In this document: positions 56,701 through 62,000 of the stretch, in pieces
How positions within the stretch are numbered: the first letter of the stretch is position 1
Layout of the letters: every line of letters begins with the position of its first letter
Assembly (NCBI GenBank): GCA_951406725.2
Contig: OX597817.1
Location: 87,998,001-88,060,000 of the forward strand
Origin: Octopus vulgaris
Lineage: Eukaryota
Direction: 5' to 3'
Length of the DNA: 62,000 nucleotides
Notes under the pieces: generated by a model
The model's input: the letters and a program-made list of their open reading frames with translations, nothing else
Databases searched by the model: none
Told to the model about the DNA's origin: nothing
Translations under genes and position numbers: made by a program

Positions 56701-59700
56701 CATCCAGAAGGTCTAATGATGGAGGAGGTGCCTGAGGACCCTACCCCAATAACCCTTTCGGGAATAGTAGACAGAGATAGATGTATCTAAATATTATTTT
56801 TCATAACATTGGAAAACTCAGTTGTCAGTTGTTAGATTAGTACAAAATTGTTCAATGTAAAATGTCAAATTTTAAATCATTACCTTTCACTGATAATATT
56901 TAAGTTATCAACTTTACTTTAAATGCTATTAAACTACCAACAAAGAATAATTACTAATGAAAAATTAATGAAATCTTATCTAATGTATCTAATCTAAAAG
57001 AAAATTAGGATACACAATTTCTTAAAAACACATGATATAACAGAAATAACATGATTTTTATGTTCACCTTTAATGAATGCATTATTTTAATCATCATTTT
57101 CTAGTTTTATTTAAAATTAAAATTCATTTAATATGACAATTAATTTGATTGAGTAATTAACCCTTTTGATAGCATACTATCTGAGACTGCCACTAGTTCT
57201 CTGATATAAATTTTCCCAAGTCATCTCAAAACCTTCAAACACCAGATTAATCATGACAAAGTTATTTTAAGTAAATCCTTCATTAATTTTGCAATTAATT
57301 GAAACAAATGTAGTGTGTTTCAACAGAAATATGGTAACAGAAGGGTTAAAGACACTGTTGTTTAAAGAAACAGAAAAATGTGAATTATTGATAAAAATTA
57401 TCTCACTAGTCTTTCTGTCCATATTCGCAAATTTTCAACAAAGTTATGGTCATCAATTGGTCGTCTGTGCATAGAAAACAAGATTGAGATGCAGTCCTTC
57501 AGTCTCTGAATCTGGTGAAGAACAGTCATGCTCTGCTTTGCTTGAACTCGAACTAAAAAGAGAATTTGTCATCATATAGATAAGAGATATCACAAATACA
57601 ATATTTCTCAATAATATCTGAACCATTTTTCAAAATCAAGATCTATTTAGTATGACTTTCCTACATTATTAACTCTAAACATTCATAGGAACTCTAAAAA
57701 ATAATTACATATTCAACTGAACCATTTTTAAGACAACCAGCAAAGTGAAACGTTTCTGAAAAATATTCATTTTGAAACTGTGCTTTCCATGTTTAGGGTT
57801 CAGTTTTTTTAATAAAAATTAGTATTTATTACATTTCAAAATACAAACGTTATAACAATTGTTTATAAACTGATTGATTGTATGGAGATTTAATAGCTAC
57901 AAGACTAAAGTTTGGGTTTCTTATCAGATCATCATCATCATTTAATGTTCATTGTCCATGCTGTACACAAATAAACAAATTTACGAATACCATCTCATGC
58001 TAGCATAGAATATCAAGCGGACGGAATTACTAAACTCATAGTTATTCCGATTTTGAATGGATGGACTTGGTGCAAACTTAACTGTATCTATTATTATTAT
58101 TATTATTAATATTAATAGTAATTTATATTGACTTTTATAGGTTTATAATTTTATGAACTGAACTATGGTTTTTTTATTATTATTTTCAGGTATAGGTATG
58201 ATTTTAATTTAAATAGTAGTGCGCATACATCTCCCTATGTGTTAGTTTTTAGAACTATTAGGCAAATATGTAAAATAACTGTGCTTATTAATATTAATAT
58301 ATACACTGATATATATTTTGTTTTATTTTGTTTTGTTTACCTTGCATTATTGTATCAATGAGTATTATATATATTATATATGTGTAGCATTATGGAGTTT
58401 ATGCACAAGTTTTTATATTTTACATTTTTATATTTATATGTATATGAAAAAATAATTTTTTCACAATTATAACAAATTAAATTCTCTGAAGAGGCCGTGG
58501 GGCATCCTTGTTAATGCCTCATTTATACCTGCCTTTATGGCTTATAGGTTAAATGAGGTATGACTGCCCTTACTGCCGAAACAGCTGTCAGATATGATAT
58601 AATTACATATTATATTTTATATTTTATATTTCTATTTCCTTGTCTATTTATATTTACTATATATTTTGTATAATGCCTTTACTGATATGTAATGGTGTAA
58701 TAAAGTATTGATTGGGTATCATCTGAGAGTTGATGTTTTATTGATTTAAGTATGTTTCTCCATTTTCTAATTTTGTAATATAATCCTCAAGCCGTAATCC
58801 CATCTTTTCCCTTCTTTCCGCCATTGGCGGTCTTTCCTCCTCTTCTTCTTCTTATGCTAAAACTTGAAAATCGCCATTACCATTACGATTCTGCAATTTA
58901 AACTCCCAATTCAACTTACTTTCTTCTTCAACTCCCGGTCGATGCCCGCAGCAAGTTCTTAAAAATTTATCTTACTATTTTTATTCGTTGTTACTACGTT
59001 TATTCATACATTGATAACTTGATTCGTCTTACCCATCGAAAATTTACGAAAATTTAACCTTTTAGGCTACTTTCAAGCCTTCGCCATAACTTGATTTATC
59101 TTTCCTATCTCTCTCTCTACAAAATTTAACCTTAGGCTGCCTCAAGCCGTAATCCCATCTTTTCCCTTCTTTCCGCCATTGGCGGTCTTTCCTCCTCTTC
59201 TTCTTCTTATGCTAAAGCTTGAAAATCGCCATTACCATTACGATTCTGCAATTTAAACTCCCAATTCAACTTACTTTCTTCTTCAACTCCCGGTCGATGC
59301 CCGCAGCAAGTTCTTAAAAATTTATCTTACTATTTTTATTCGTTGTTACTACGTTTATTCATACATTGATAACTTGATTCGTCTTACCCATCGAAAATTT
59401 ACGAAAATTTAACCTTTTAGGCTACTTTCAAGCCTTCGCCATAACTTGATTTATCTTTCCTATCTCTCTCTCTACAAAATTTAACCTTAGGCTGCCTCAA
59501 GCCGTAATCCCATCTTTTCCCTTCTTTCCGCCATTGGCGGTCTTTCCTCCTCTTCTTCTTCTTATGCTAAAGCTTGAAAATCGCCATTACCATTACGATT
59601 CTGCAATTTAAACTCCCAATTCAACTTACTTTCTTCTTCAACTCCCGGTCGATGCCCGCAGCAAGTTCTTAAAAATTTATCTTACTATTTTTATTCGTTG

Positions 59701-60826
59701 TTACTACGTTTATTCATACATTGATAACTTGATTCGTCTTACCCATCGAAAATTTACGAAAATTTAACCTTTTAGGCTACTTTCAAGCCTTCGCCATAAC
59801 TTGATTTATCTTTCCTATCTCTCTCTCTACAAAATTTAACCTTAGGCTACCTCAAGCCGTAATCCCATCTTTTCCCTTCTTTCCGCCAGCCCCCCCACCC
59901 CCACCACCAATACCGATGAACACTGTTCTCACCCCCACCACCAATACCGGTGAACACTGTTCTCACCGCCACCACCAATACCGGTGAACACTGTTCTCAC
60001 CCCCACCACCAATACCAGTATACCCTGTTCTCACCATCTACACCGGATACGCCCTACTCATCTACACCGGGTACGCCCTACTCCCTCCTCCTCCCCCCAC
60101 TACCCCTTCTCCTCATATGCTTTCACTGTGAAAAGACAAGCTGCTAGCGCCATAGCTCATCAACTGCCCACCGATCTTACGCTTCCTCCTGACACTGCCT
60201 CAATCCGACCATCCCCTTTTAGTACCCTCCCGCCTCGTAATATCCTACGTTTTTATTTCTTAGGAACCTACACCAACCCTTCCTGCCATCGTTCCTCCTT
60301 ACCCCAACCTTCCGACACGTTAAAATGCTCGAACCGATCGTGACGATGCCGGACCCTCCGGCCCCTGTGCAGGTGGCACGTAAAAAGCACCCAATCCACT
60401 CACGGAGTGGTTGGCGTTAGGAAGGGCATCCAGCCGTAGAAACTCTGCCAGATTCAGACTGGAGCCTGGAGCGGCCCCTGGCTTCCCAGACCCGGTCAAA
60501 CCGTCCAACCCGTGCTAGCGCGGAAAGCGGACGTTAAACGATGATGATGATGATGATGATAATACACAATACTATAAATTAGAGTTGTATTAAAATTTGA
60601 AAAATTAATTTAATTTAATAAACAAATATTTAATAAATATTTGAAATGTAAATAATCCAACAATTCCAAATTTTGCAAATTCATTTGAAGAATATCTTAA
60701 CATGATGAAATGACTACACATTTGAAGATAGCATTTATAATTCACTCACTTGGGCCATCAGCTCGAATCTTTTGAAGAATGGGTAAGCTTTTGAATAAAT
60801 TATGAATGTAAGATTCTACTTGAAGC
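489..60826 (-). CDS. EPG5: EPG5 (ectopic P-granules protein 5 homolog, autophagosome-lysosome tether), partial multi-exon CDS of 32 exons; both gene ends lie outside the window
   Basis: 32 GT-AG exons join in one open frame (4567 nt = 1 + 1522 codons). Peptides such as [69 protein letters not shown] and [17 protein letters not shown] are colinear with human EPG5 as recalled from memory. Confidence 0.93.
2285..2366 (-). CDS. EPG5: EPG5 exon w31
   Basis: ttgcag|[27 protein letters not shown]|gtcagt; 82 nt. Confidence 0.88.
4408..4539 (-). CDS. EPG5: EPG5 exon w30
   Basis: tcttag|[44 protein letters not shown]|gtgagt; 132 nt. Confidence 0.9.
4714..4929. mobile_element. mariner-type MITE
   Basis: TIR tgagggagtgctgaaa/tttcagcactcccttg with TA flanks; a related copy lies at about 43515-43722. 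Confidence 0.75.
6253..6564. mobile_element. hAT (Charlie-like) MITE
   Basis: TIR cagtggttctcaa/ttgagaaccactg; 8-bp TSD gtcaaagg/gtctaagg. Confidence 0.88.
6652..6843 (-). CDS. EPG5: EPG5 exon w29
   Basis: ttgcag|EFVQKMPDQ...LMSPHFLPN...DMAFMLLSK|gtaagt; 192 nt. Confidence 0.92.
9055..9223 (-). CDS. EPG5: EPG5 exon w28
   Basis: tttcag|TLIKLTRA...[22 protein letters not shown]|gtaagt; 169 nt. Confidence 0.93.
10829..10971 (-). CDS. EPG5: EPG5 exon w27
   Basis: ttatag|[14 protein letters not shown]...[19 protein letters not shown]|gtaagt; 143 nt. Confidence 0.9.
12426..13644 (-). mobile_element. Tc1-like (DD34E) DNA transposon, defective
   Basis: TIRs caggggttggacaaaata/tattttgtccaacccctg with TA on both sides. 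Transposase pieces [23 protein letters not shown] and [15 protein letters not shown] lie in broken frames. Confidence 0.93.
14332..14409 (-). CDS. EPG5: EPG5 exon w26
   Basis: tgatag|[26 protein letters not shown]|gtaagt; 78 nt. Confidence 0.85.
14800..15250 (-). mobile_element. RTE 3' UTR fragment
   Basis: (CAT)n tail plus the conserved 3' UTR core. Similar short copies lie at about 7370-7560, 8820-8995, 18895-19140, 27080-27200, 54840-54990 and 55380-55550. Confidence 0.75.
15740..16255 (+). mobile_element. 5'-truncated, decayed RTE copy
   Basis: Degenerate C-terminal ORF (GRGKPWKT-like) followed by the 3' UTR and tgatga tail. Confidence 0.75.
16301..16391 (-). CDS. EPG5: EPG5 exon w25
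   Basis: tttcag|[30 protein letters not shown]|gtatat; 91 nt. Confidence 0.88.
16829..17000 (-). CDS. EPG5: EPG5 exon w24
   Basis: ttctag|[19 protein letters not shown]...[12 protein letters not shown]|gtaata; 172 nt. Confidence 0.9.
17074..17235. repeat. About 21-bp minisatellite, roughly 8 copies
   Basis: tttatgatcacctta(g/t)tgatt units, about 70 nt upstream of the w24 acceptor. Confidence 0.85.
17250..18060 (+). mobile_element. Possible decayed 5' part of an RTE-BovB-like LINE
   Basis: GC-richer block with tctggcaactcctg...ctggtgccaaactgta...gcatgggcaaca, which I recall from RTE-BovB-type 5' regions. No intact ORF. Confidence 0.35.
18384..18531 (-). CDS. EPG5: EPG5 exon w23
   Basis: ttgcag|[49 protein letters not shown]|gttagt; 148 nt. 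The distal donor is required to keep the frame. Confidence 0.83.
19168..19545 (+). mobile_element. tRNA-derived SINE family A, representative copy with internal duplication
   Basis: ggcggtgagctggcagaa...gagttcaaattccgcc. Other copies lie at about 2590-2720, 3760-3880, 5600-5790, 13820-13990, 28020-28200, 39525-39725, 48870-49080, 50390-50520 and 53480-53645. Confidence 0.85.
20993..21116 (-). CDS. EPG5: EPG5 exon w22
   Basis: tttcag|[41 protein letters not shown]|gtgggt; 124 nt. Confidence 0.9.
21524..21638 (-). CDS. EPG5: EPG5 exon w21
   Basis: ttttag|[37 protein letters not shown]|gtgagt; 115 nt. Poorly conserved, but it supplies the required phase 1 to phase 2 link. Confidence 0.8.
23433..23584 (-). 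CDS. EPG5: EPG5 exon w20
   Basis: tcacag|[28 protein letters not shown]...GENT|gtgagg; 152 nt. Confidence 0.88.
25263..25429 (-). CDS. EPG5: EPG5 exon w19
   Basis: tttcag|KSAVKLKL...[34 protein letters not shown]..|gtatat; 167 nt. Confidence 0.93.
25595..25828 (-). CDS. EPG5: EPG5 exon w18
   Basis: tttcag|[28 protein letters not shown]...VEQAWK|gttagt; 234 nt. Confidence 0.9.
25927..26209. mobile_element. piggyBac-like TTAA MITE
   Basis: ttaacccttt...aaagggttaa ends. Related copies lie at about 9947-10150, 26522-26749, 35620-35888, 49660-49868 and 57158-57348. Confidence 0.7.
27695..27791 (-). CDS. EPG5: EPG5 exon w17
   Basis: tgatag|[32 protein letters not shown]|gtaaat; 97 nt. Confidence 0.88.
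28938..29035 (-). CDS. EPG5: EPG5 exon w16
   Basis: tattag|[32 protein letters not shown]|gtaatt; 98 nt. Confidence 0.85.
29146..29266 (-). CDS. EPG5: EPG5 exon w15
   Basis: ttgcag|[40 protein letters not shown]|gtaaag; 121 nt. Confidence 0.88.
29430..29660 (+). mobile_element. tRNA-derived SINE family C, representative copy
   Basis: ggaggcacatggcttagtggttagg...tgtgttcttgagcaaaac. Other copies lie at about 8453-8720 (+), 9640-9920 (-) and 28535-28830 (+). Confidence 0.8.
30234..33353 (-). pseudogene. RTE endonuclease-reverse transcriptase ORF with one premature stop at 30567-30569
   Basis: APE motifs ([33 protein letters not shown]), RT motifs ([22 protein letters not shown]) and C-terminal [16 protein letters not shown] continues in frame to the stop at 30234. 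Confidence 0.93.
33948..34117. repeat. 34-bp tandem repeat x5 in the RTE 5' region
   Basis: ggtattggtggtgggggtgagaacagtgttcacc at 33948, 33982, 34016, 34050 and 34084, with no spacers. Confidence 0.95.
34142..34630 (-). repeat. RTE 5' monomer array, 365-bp unit, about 1.3 copies
   Basis: accgccaatggcggaaagatggg recurs at 34142 and 34507. Confidence 0.9.
35541..35552 (-). CDS. Candidate 12-nt alternative microexon of EPG5
   Basis: tttttctgcttttgtctgccag|TGCCCTGAATTG|gtaagt; frame-preserving and stop-free between w14 and w15. No transcript evidence available. Confidence 0.4.
36044..36440 (+). mobile_element. tRNA-derived SINE family B, representative copy
   Basis: A/B-box-like head (gtggctgtgagttaag...ggttcagtccc), microsatellite middle and aaaagata tail. 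Other copies lie at about 11080-11420 (+), 15460-15560 (-), 49185-49510 (+) and 55090-55235 (-). Confidence 0.85.
36478..36545. repeat. (GGTTT/GGTGT)n pentanucleotide microsatellite
   Basis: Direct inspection. Confidence 0.95.
36779..36919 (-). CDS. EPG5: EPG5 exon w14
   Basis: tttcag|[15 protein letters not shown]...[15 protein letters not shown]|gtgagt; 141 nt. Confidence 0.9.
37081..37590 (-). mobile_element. Deleted RTE copy: endonuclease fragment fused to 3' UTR and tail
   Basis: [18 protein letters not shown]...AYTPQAGL (37356-37538) directly abuts the RTE 3' UTR and (CAT)n tail (37081-37340). Confidence 0.85.
38088..38347 (-). CDS. EPG5: EPG5 exon w13
   Basis: ccacag|[29 protein letters not shown]...[15 protein letters not shown]|gtaagt; 260 nt. 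Confidence 0.92.
38518..38640 (-). CDS. EPG5: EPG5 exon w12
   Basis: tttcag|[25 protein letters not shown]...FMEGVKQ|gtaggt; 123 nt. Confidence 0.9.
38749..39248. mobile_element. Tc1/mariner-superfamily MITE (Tc2/pogo-like ends)
   Basis: TIR ccataaatcctcgagtata/tatactcgaggatttacgg flanked by TA. Confidence 0.85.
40312..40476 (-). CDS. EPG5: EPG5 exon w11
   Basis: tgacag|[15 protein letters not shown]...[12 protein letters not shown]|gtatga; 165 nt. Confidence 0.92.
41147..41700 (-). mobile_element. mariner (DD34D) transposase remnant
   Basis: [21 protein letters not shown]. The end sequence ttggttcatcccataaataatg is also seen at about 61850. Confidence 0.85.
42143..42553 (-). mobile_element. 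SINE family B copy (minus arm of an inverted pair)
   Basis: Reverse complement of the family B layout seen at 36044. Confidence 0.85.
42588..43023 (+). mobile_element. SINE family B copy (plus arm of an inverted pair)
   Basis: ggcgctgatgtggttgtgtagtaag...ggttcagtcccactg...gataaaagataa. Confidence 0.85.
43252..43392 (-). CDS. EPG5: EPG5 exon w10
   Basis: tttcag|[28 protein letters not shown]...GNIGG|gtgagt; 141 nt. Confidence 0.92.
43935..44760 (+). mobile_element. RTE endonuclease-domain fragment (same family, older, no 3' end)
   Basis: ORF 44000-44782, [17 protein letters not shown]...GDFNG...INFIL, is colinear with the N-terminus of the 30567-33353 ORF. Confidence 0.9.
44758..44909. repeat. 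25/26-bp tandem repeat x6
   Basis: ggatat(t)caatcctgttttcctttag repeated at the RTE/Penelope junction. Confidence 0.95.
44884..45130 (-). mobile_element. Penelope-like element GIY-YIG endonuclease fragment
   Basis: [24 protein letters not shown]...YIGCS and, after a frameshift, [32 protein letters not shown]. Confidence 0.75.
45561..45712 (-). CDS. EPG5: EPG5 exon w9
   Basis: ctttag|[29 protein letters not shown]...TITVEVFE|gtaggt; 152 nt. Confidence 0.9.
45890..46520 (+). mobile_element. Decayed LINE remnant
   Basis: GC-richer block with fragmentary RT C-terminal-like peptides. No intact ORF. Confidence 0.35.
47648..47730. repeat. (GA)n microsatellite
   Basis: Direct inspection. Confidence 0.95.
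47958..48112 (-). CDS. EPG5: EPG5 exon w8
   Basis: tttcag|[25 protein letters not shown]...CKAELK|gtttca; 155 nt. Confidence 0.88.
49949..50092 (-). CDS. EPG5: EPG5 exon w7
   Basis: ttacag|[13 protein letters not shown]...[23 protein letters not shown]|gtaagc; 144 nt. Confidence 0.92.
50780..50936 (-). CDS. EPG5: EPG5 exon w6
   Basis: tttcag|[21 protein letters not shown]...[13 protein letters not shown]|gtaagt; 157 nt. Confidence 0.92.
51370..51890 (-). mobile_element. RTE 3' UTR fragments with an internally repeated module
   Basis: catcatcgtcatttaa...gatgcccttcctaatgccaaccact, then about four copies of a ggtgcttttac-gccac-ggcac module. Confidence 0.75.
53029..53149 (-). CDS. EPG5: EPG5 exon w5
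   Basis: tttcag|[40 protein letters not shown]|gtgagt; 121 nt. Confidence 0.9.
55706..55805 (-). CDS. EPG5: EPG5 exon w4
   Basis: ctgcag|[33 protein letters not shown]|gtaata; 100 nt. Confidence 0.88.
56185..56387 (-). CDS. EPG5: EPG5 exon w3
   Basis: ttatag|[36 protein letters not shown]...ILQPI|gtaagt; 203 nt. Confidence 0.92.
56525..56790 (+). mobile_element. Decayed RTE/Rex3-like LINE 3' fragment
   Basis: Translates to [11 protein letters not shown]...[25 protein letters not shown]. Confidence 0.65.
57407..57552 (-). CDS. EPG5: EPG5 exon w2
   Basis: ttttag|..[48 protein letters not shown]|gtgaga; 146 nt. Confidence 0.88.
58090..58784 (+). mobile_element. Probable Penelope-like element terminal (pLTR-type) fragment carrying the hammerhead
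   Basis: T-rich stretch with a minimal hammerhead and a downstream AATAAA near 58698. No ORF is visible and the boundaries are approximate. Confidence 0.45.
58483..58592 (+). ncRNA. Type I hammerhead ribozyme (Penelope-like minimal type with extended stem II)
   Basis: tct-CTGAAGA-GGC...GCC-GAAA-C-AGCT-G-TC|AGA; all core nucleotides present; predicted cleavage after 58589. Confidence 0.8.
58785..59888 (+). repeat. 355-bp tandem monomer array, about 3.1 copies
   Basis: cctcaagccgtaatcc at 58785, 59140, 59495 and 59850. Confidence 0.95.
58785..60560 (+). mobile_element. Internally deleted non-autonomous derivative of the same RTE family
   Basis: 5' monomers, 34-bp repeats and 5' UTR are joined at 60313/60314 directly to the 3' UTR and (TGA)n tail. 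Near-identical to 33651-34630 and 29965-30235. Confidence 0.93.
60750..60826 (-). CDS. EPG5: EPG5 exon w1 (window numbering, transcription order)
   Basis: tttcag|[27 protein letters not shown]|gtgagt; 77 nt. Confidence 0.85.
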
Positions 60827-61024
60827 CTGAAATTATACGATATAATAAAAGAAAAATATATTGGTTTGAAACCCACTTGATGCATTAATCAACAATATAA
60901 TTTTAATAGCACACATACACACACACATAAATGTGTATTTGTGTGTGTGTGTATAAAATATGAGTGTGTGTATATATATATAGAAAGAGAGAGAGGGAGA
61001 GCTTACCGATAAAGCACATTCACT

Positions 61025-61219
61025 TACACAGTGTTCATTGTGTATTTGGTTAATGAGAGAGATGGACGATATGAGAATTTTAAATATCCCACCTGTGAGG
61101 AATCGATGCTAGATGAGTCAAAACAATTGAAGTGATTAACAAAAATTCTCGTATCTTCCTTCTCTCTCATTAACCAAATTTACATCCATCCATTCATCCA
61201 CCCGCTCGCCCACTGTGTA
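61025..61219. repeat. Long imperfect inverted repeat (MITE-like hairpin) with a decayed hammerhead-like core
   Basis: Perfect 19-bp arms 61044-61062/61161-61179, 14-bp inner arms with one G-U, and outer tacacagtg/cactgtgta. Confidence 0.7.
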
Positions 61220-61249
61220 CCCAAAACATGTACTGAGAGTGATAAAAAT

Positions 61250-61802
61250 CAACATCCAGTCATCATTGTATTTGGAGTGATCACTACGGAGGCCTACATC
61301 AAATGCCTGGAGGAGGTAGTGTTACCCTAGGTCAAGAGGGTGGCTGTTGGACAACCCTATGTCTGGCAACAGGACTCTACACCATGTCACACAAGCAGGA
61401 GAACCCAATCATGGTTGTCAGACAATTTCTGCAACCACATCATCCCTAACATCTGGCTATCTAACTTCCCAGTCTGCAACCGCCTTGATTATTATGTGTG
61501 GGGCTTAGTTAAATGAGTGACCAACAAAACTCCTTGTAACACCAAAGATAAACTGAAGGCAAGGATTATGGCAGTATTCACCAACTTAACCATGGAGACC
61601 ATCTAGAGGAGTTGCAGGAGATTCTGAAGTCTTCTGGAAACCATGGTTGAAGTCAATGGCAATTTTGTTGGATAAATTTACTCTTTAGTATTTCATGATA
61701 TTTTTTAATGTAATTTTGGTAAATATATCTGTTAAAATGAGATGACAGTGTTATTTTCATTTTTGCATAATTTAGACAACAATATATTCACCACAACCTG
61801 TG
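61250..61802 (+). mobile_element. Tc1/mariner superfamily (maT/DD37D-like) transposase remnant
   Basis: YIKCLEEVVLP..YVWQQDSTPCHTSRRTQSWL...LDYYVWG with stops. Confidence 0.7.
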
Positions 61803-62000
61803 TATATATATATGTGTATACATATATATATATATATATATACATACATTGGGTCATCCCATAAATAATGGGATGAAGTTGTGAAGGCTAACTAAGTAAG
61901 AGAAGAAGACAAAGAACTATACTAACTGCCAATATACAGTGTTACAGAAGACTCCTACACCCATAGTAAAATGCACCCTAACACAAGAGCAGTGTTTAAG

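Noticed and set aside
135-60508. Most short ORFs in the supplied track
   Set aside because: They are antisense or off-frame shadows of exons, repeats or microsatellites, and are expected by chance in AT-rich introns.

Overview
AT-rich metazoan genomic DNA, not prokaryotic. The SINE and RTE repeat content suggests a cephalopod, probably Octopus (inference). The whole window lies inside one large minus-strand gene, the autophagy tethering factor EPG5. I resolved 32 consecutive GT-AG coding exons from 60826 down to 489. They total 4567 nt (about 1522 codons), splice phases are consistent throughout, and the peptides resemble vertebrate EPG5 as I recall it. Both ends of the gene lie outside the window. 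The introns are packed with mobile elements: a near-intact RTE-clade LINE (29965-34630, minus), a young internally deleted derivative of it (58785-60560, plus), many older RTE fragments, three tRNA-like SINE families, Tc1/mariner/maT remnants, hAT and piggyBac-like MITEs, and Penelope-like pieces. The most interesting unannotated signals are: (1) a type I hammerhead ribozyme with an intact core at 58483-58592; (2) a decayed hammerhead at the apex of a long hairpin near 61.1 kb; (3) 355/365-bp tandem 5' monomers on the RTE family; (4) an inverted pair of RTE copies bracketing 13 EPG5 exons; (5) a frame-preserving 12-nt microexon candidate at 35541-35552. All coordinates were read by hand. Family assignments come from remembered motifs, not database searches.
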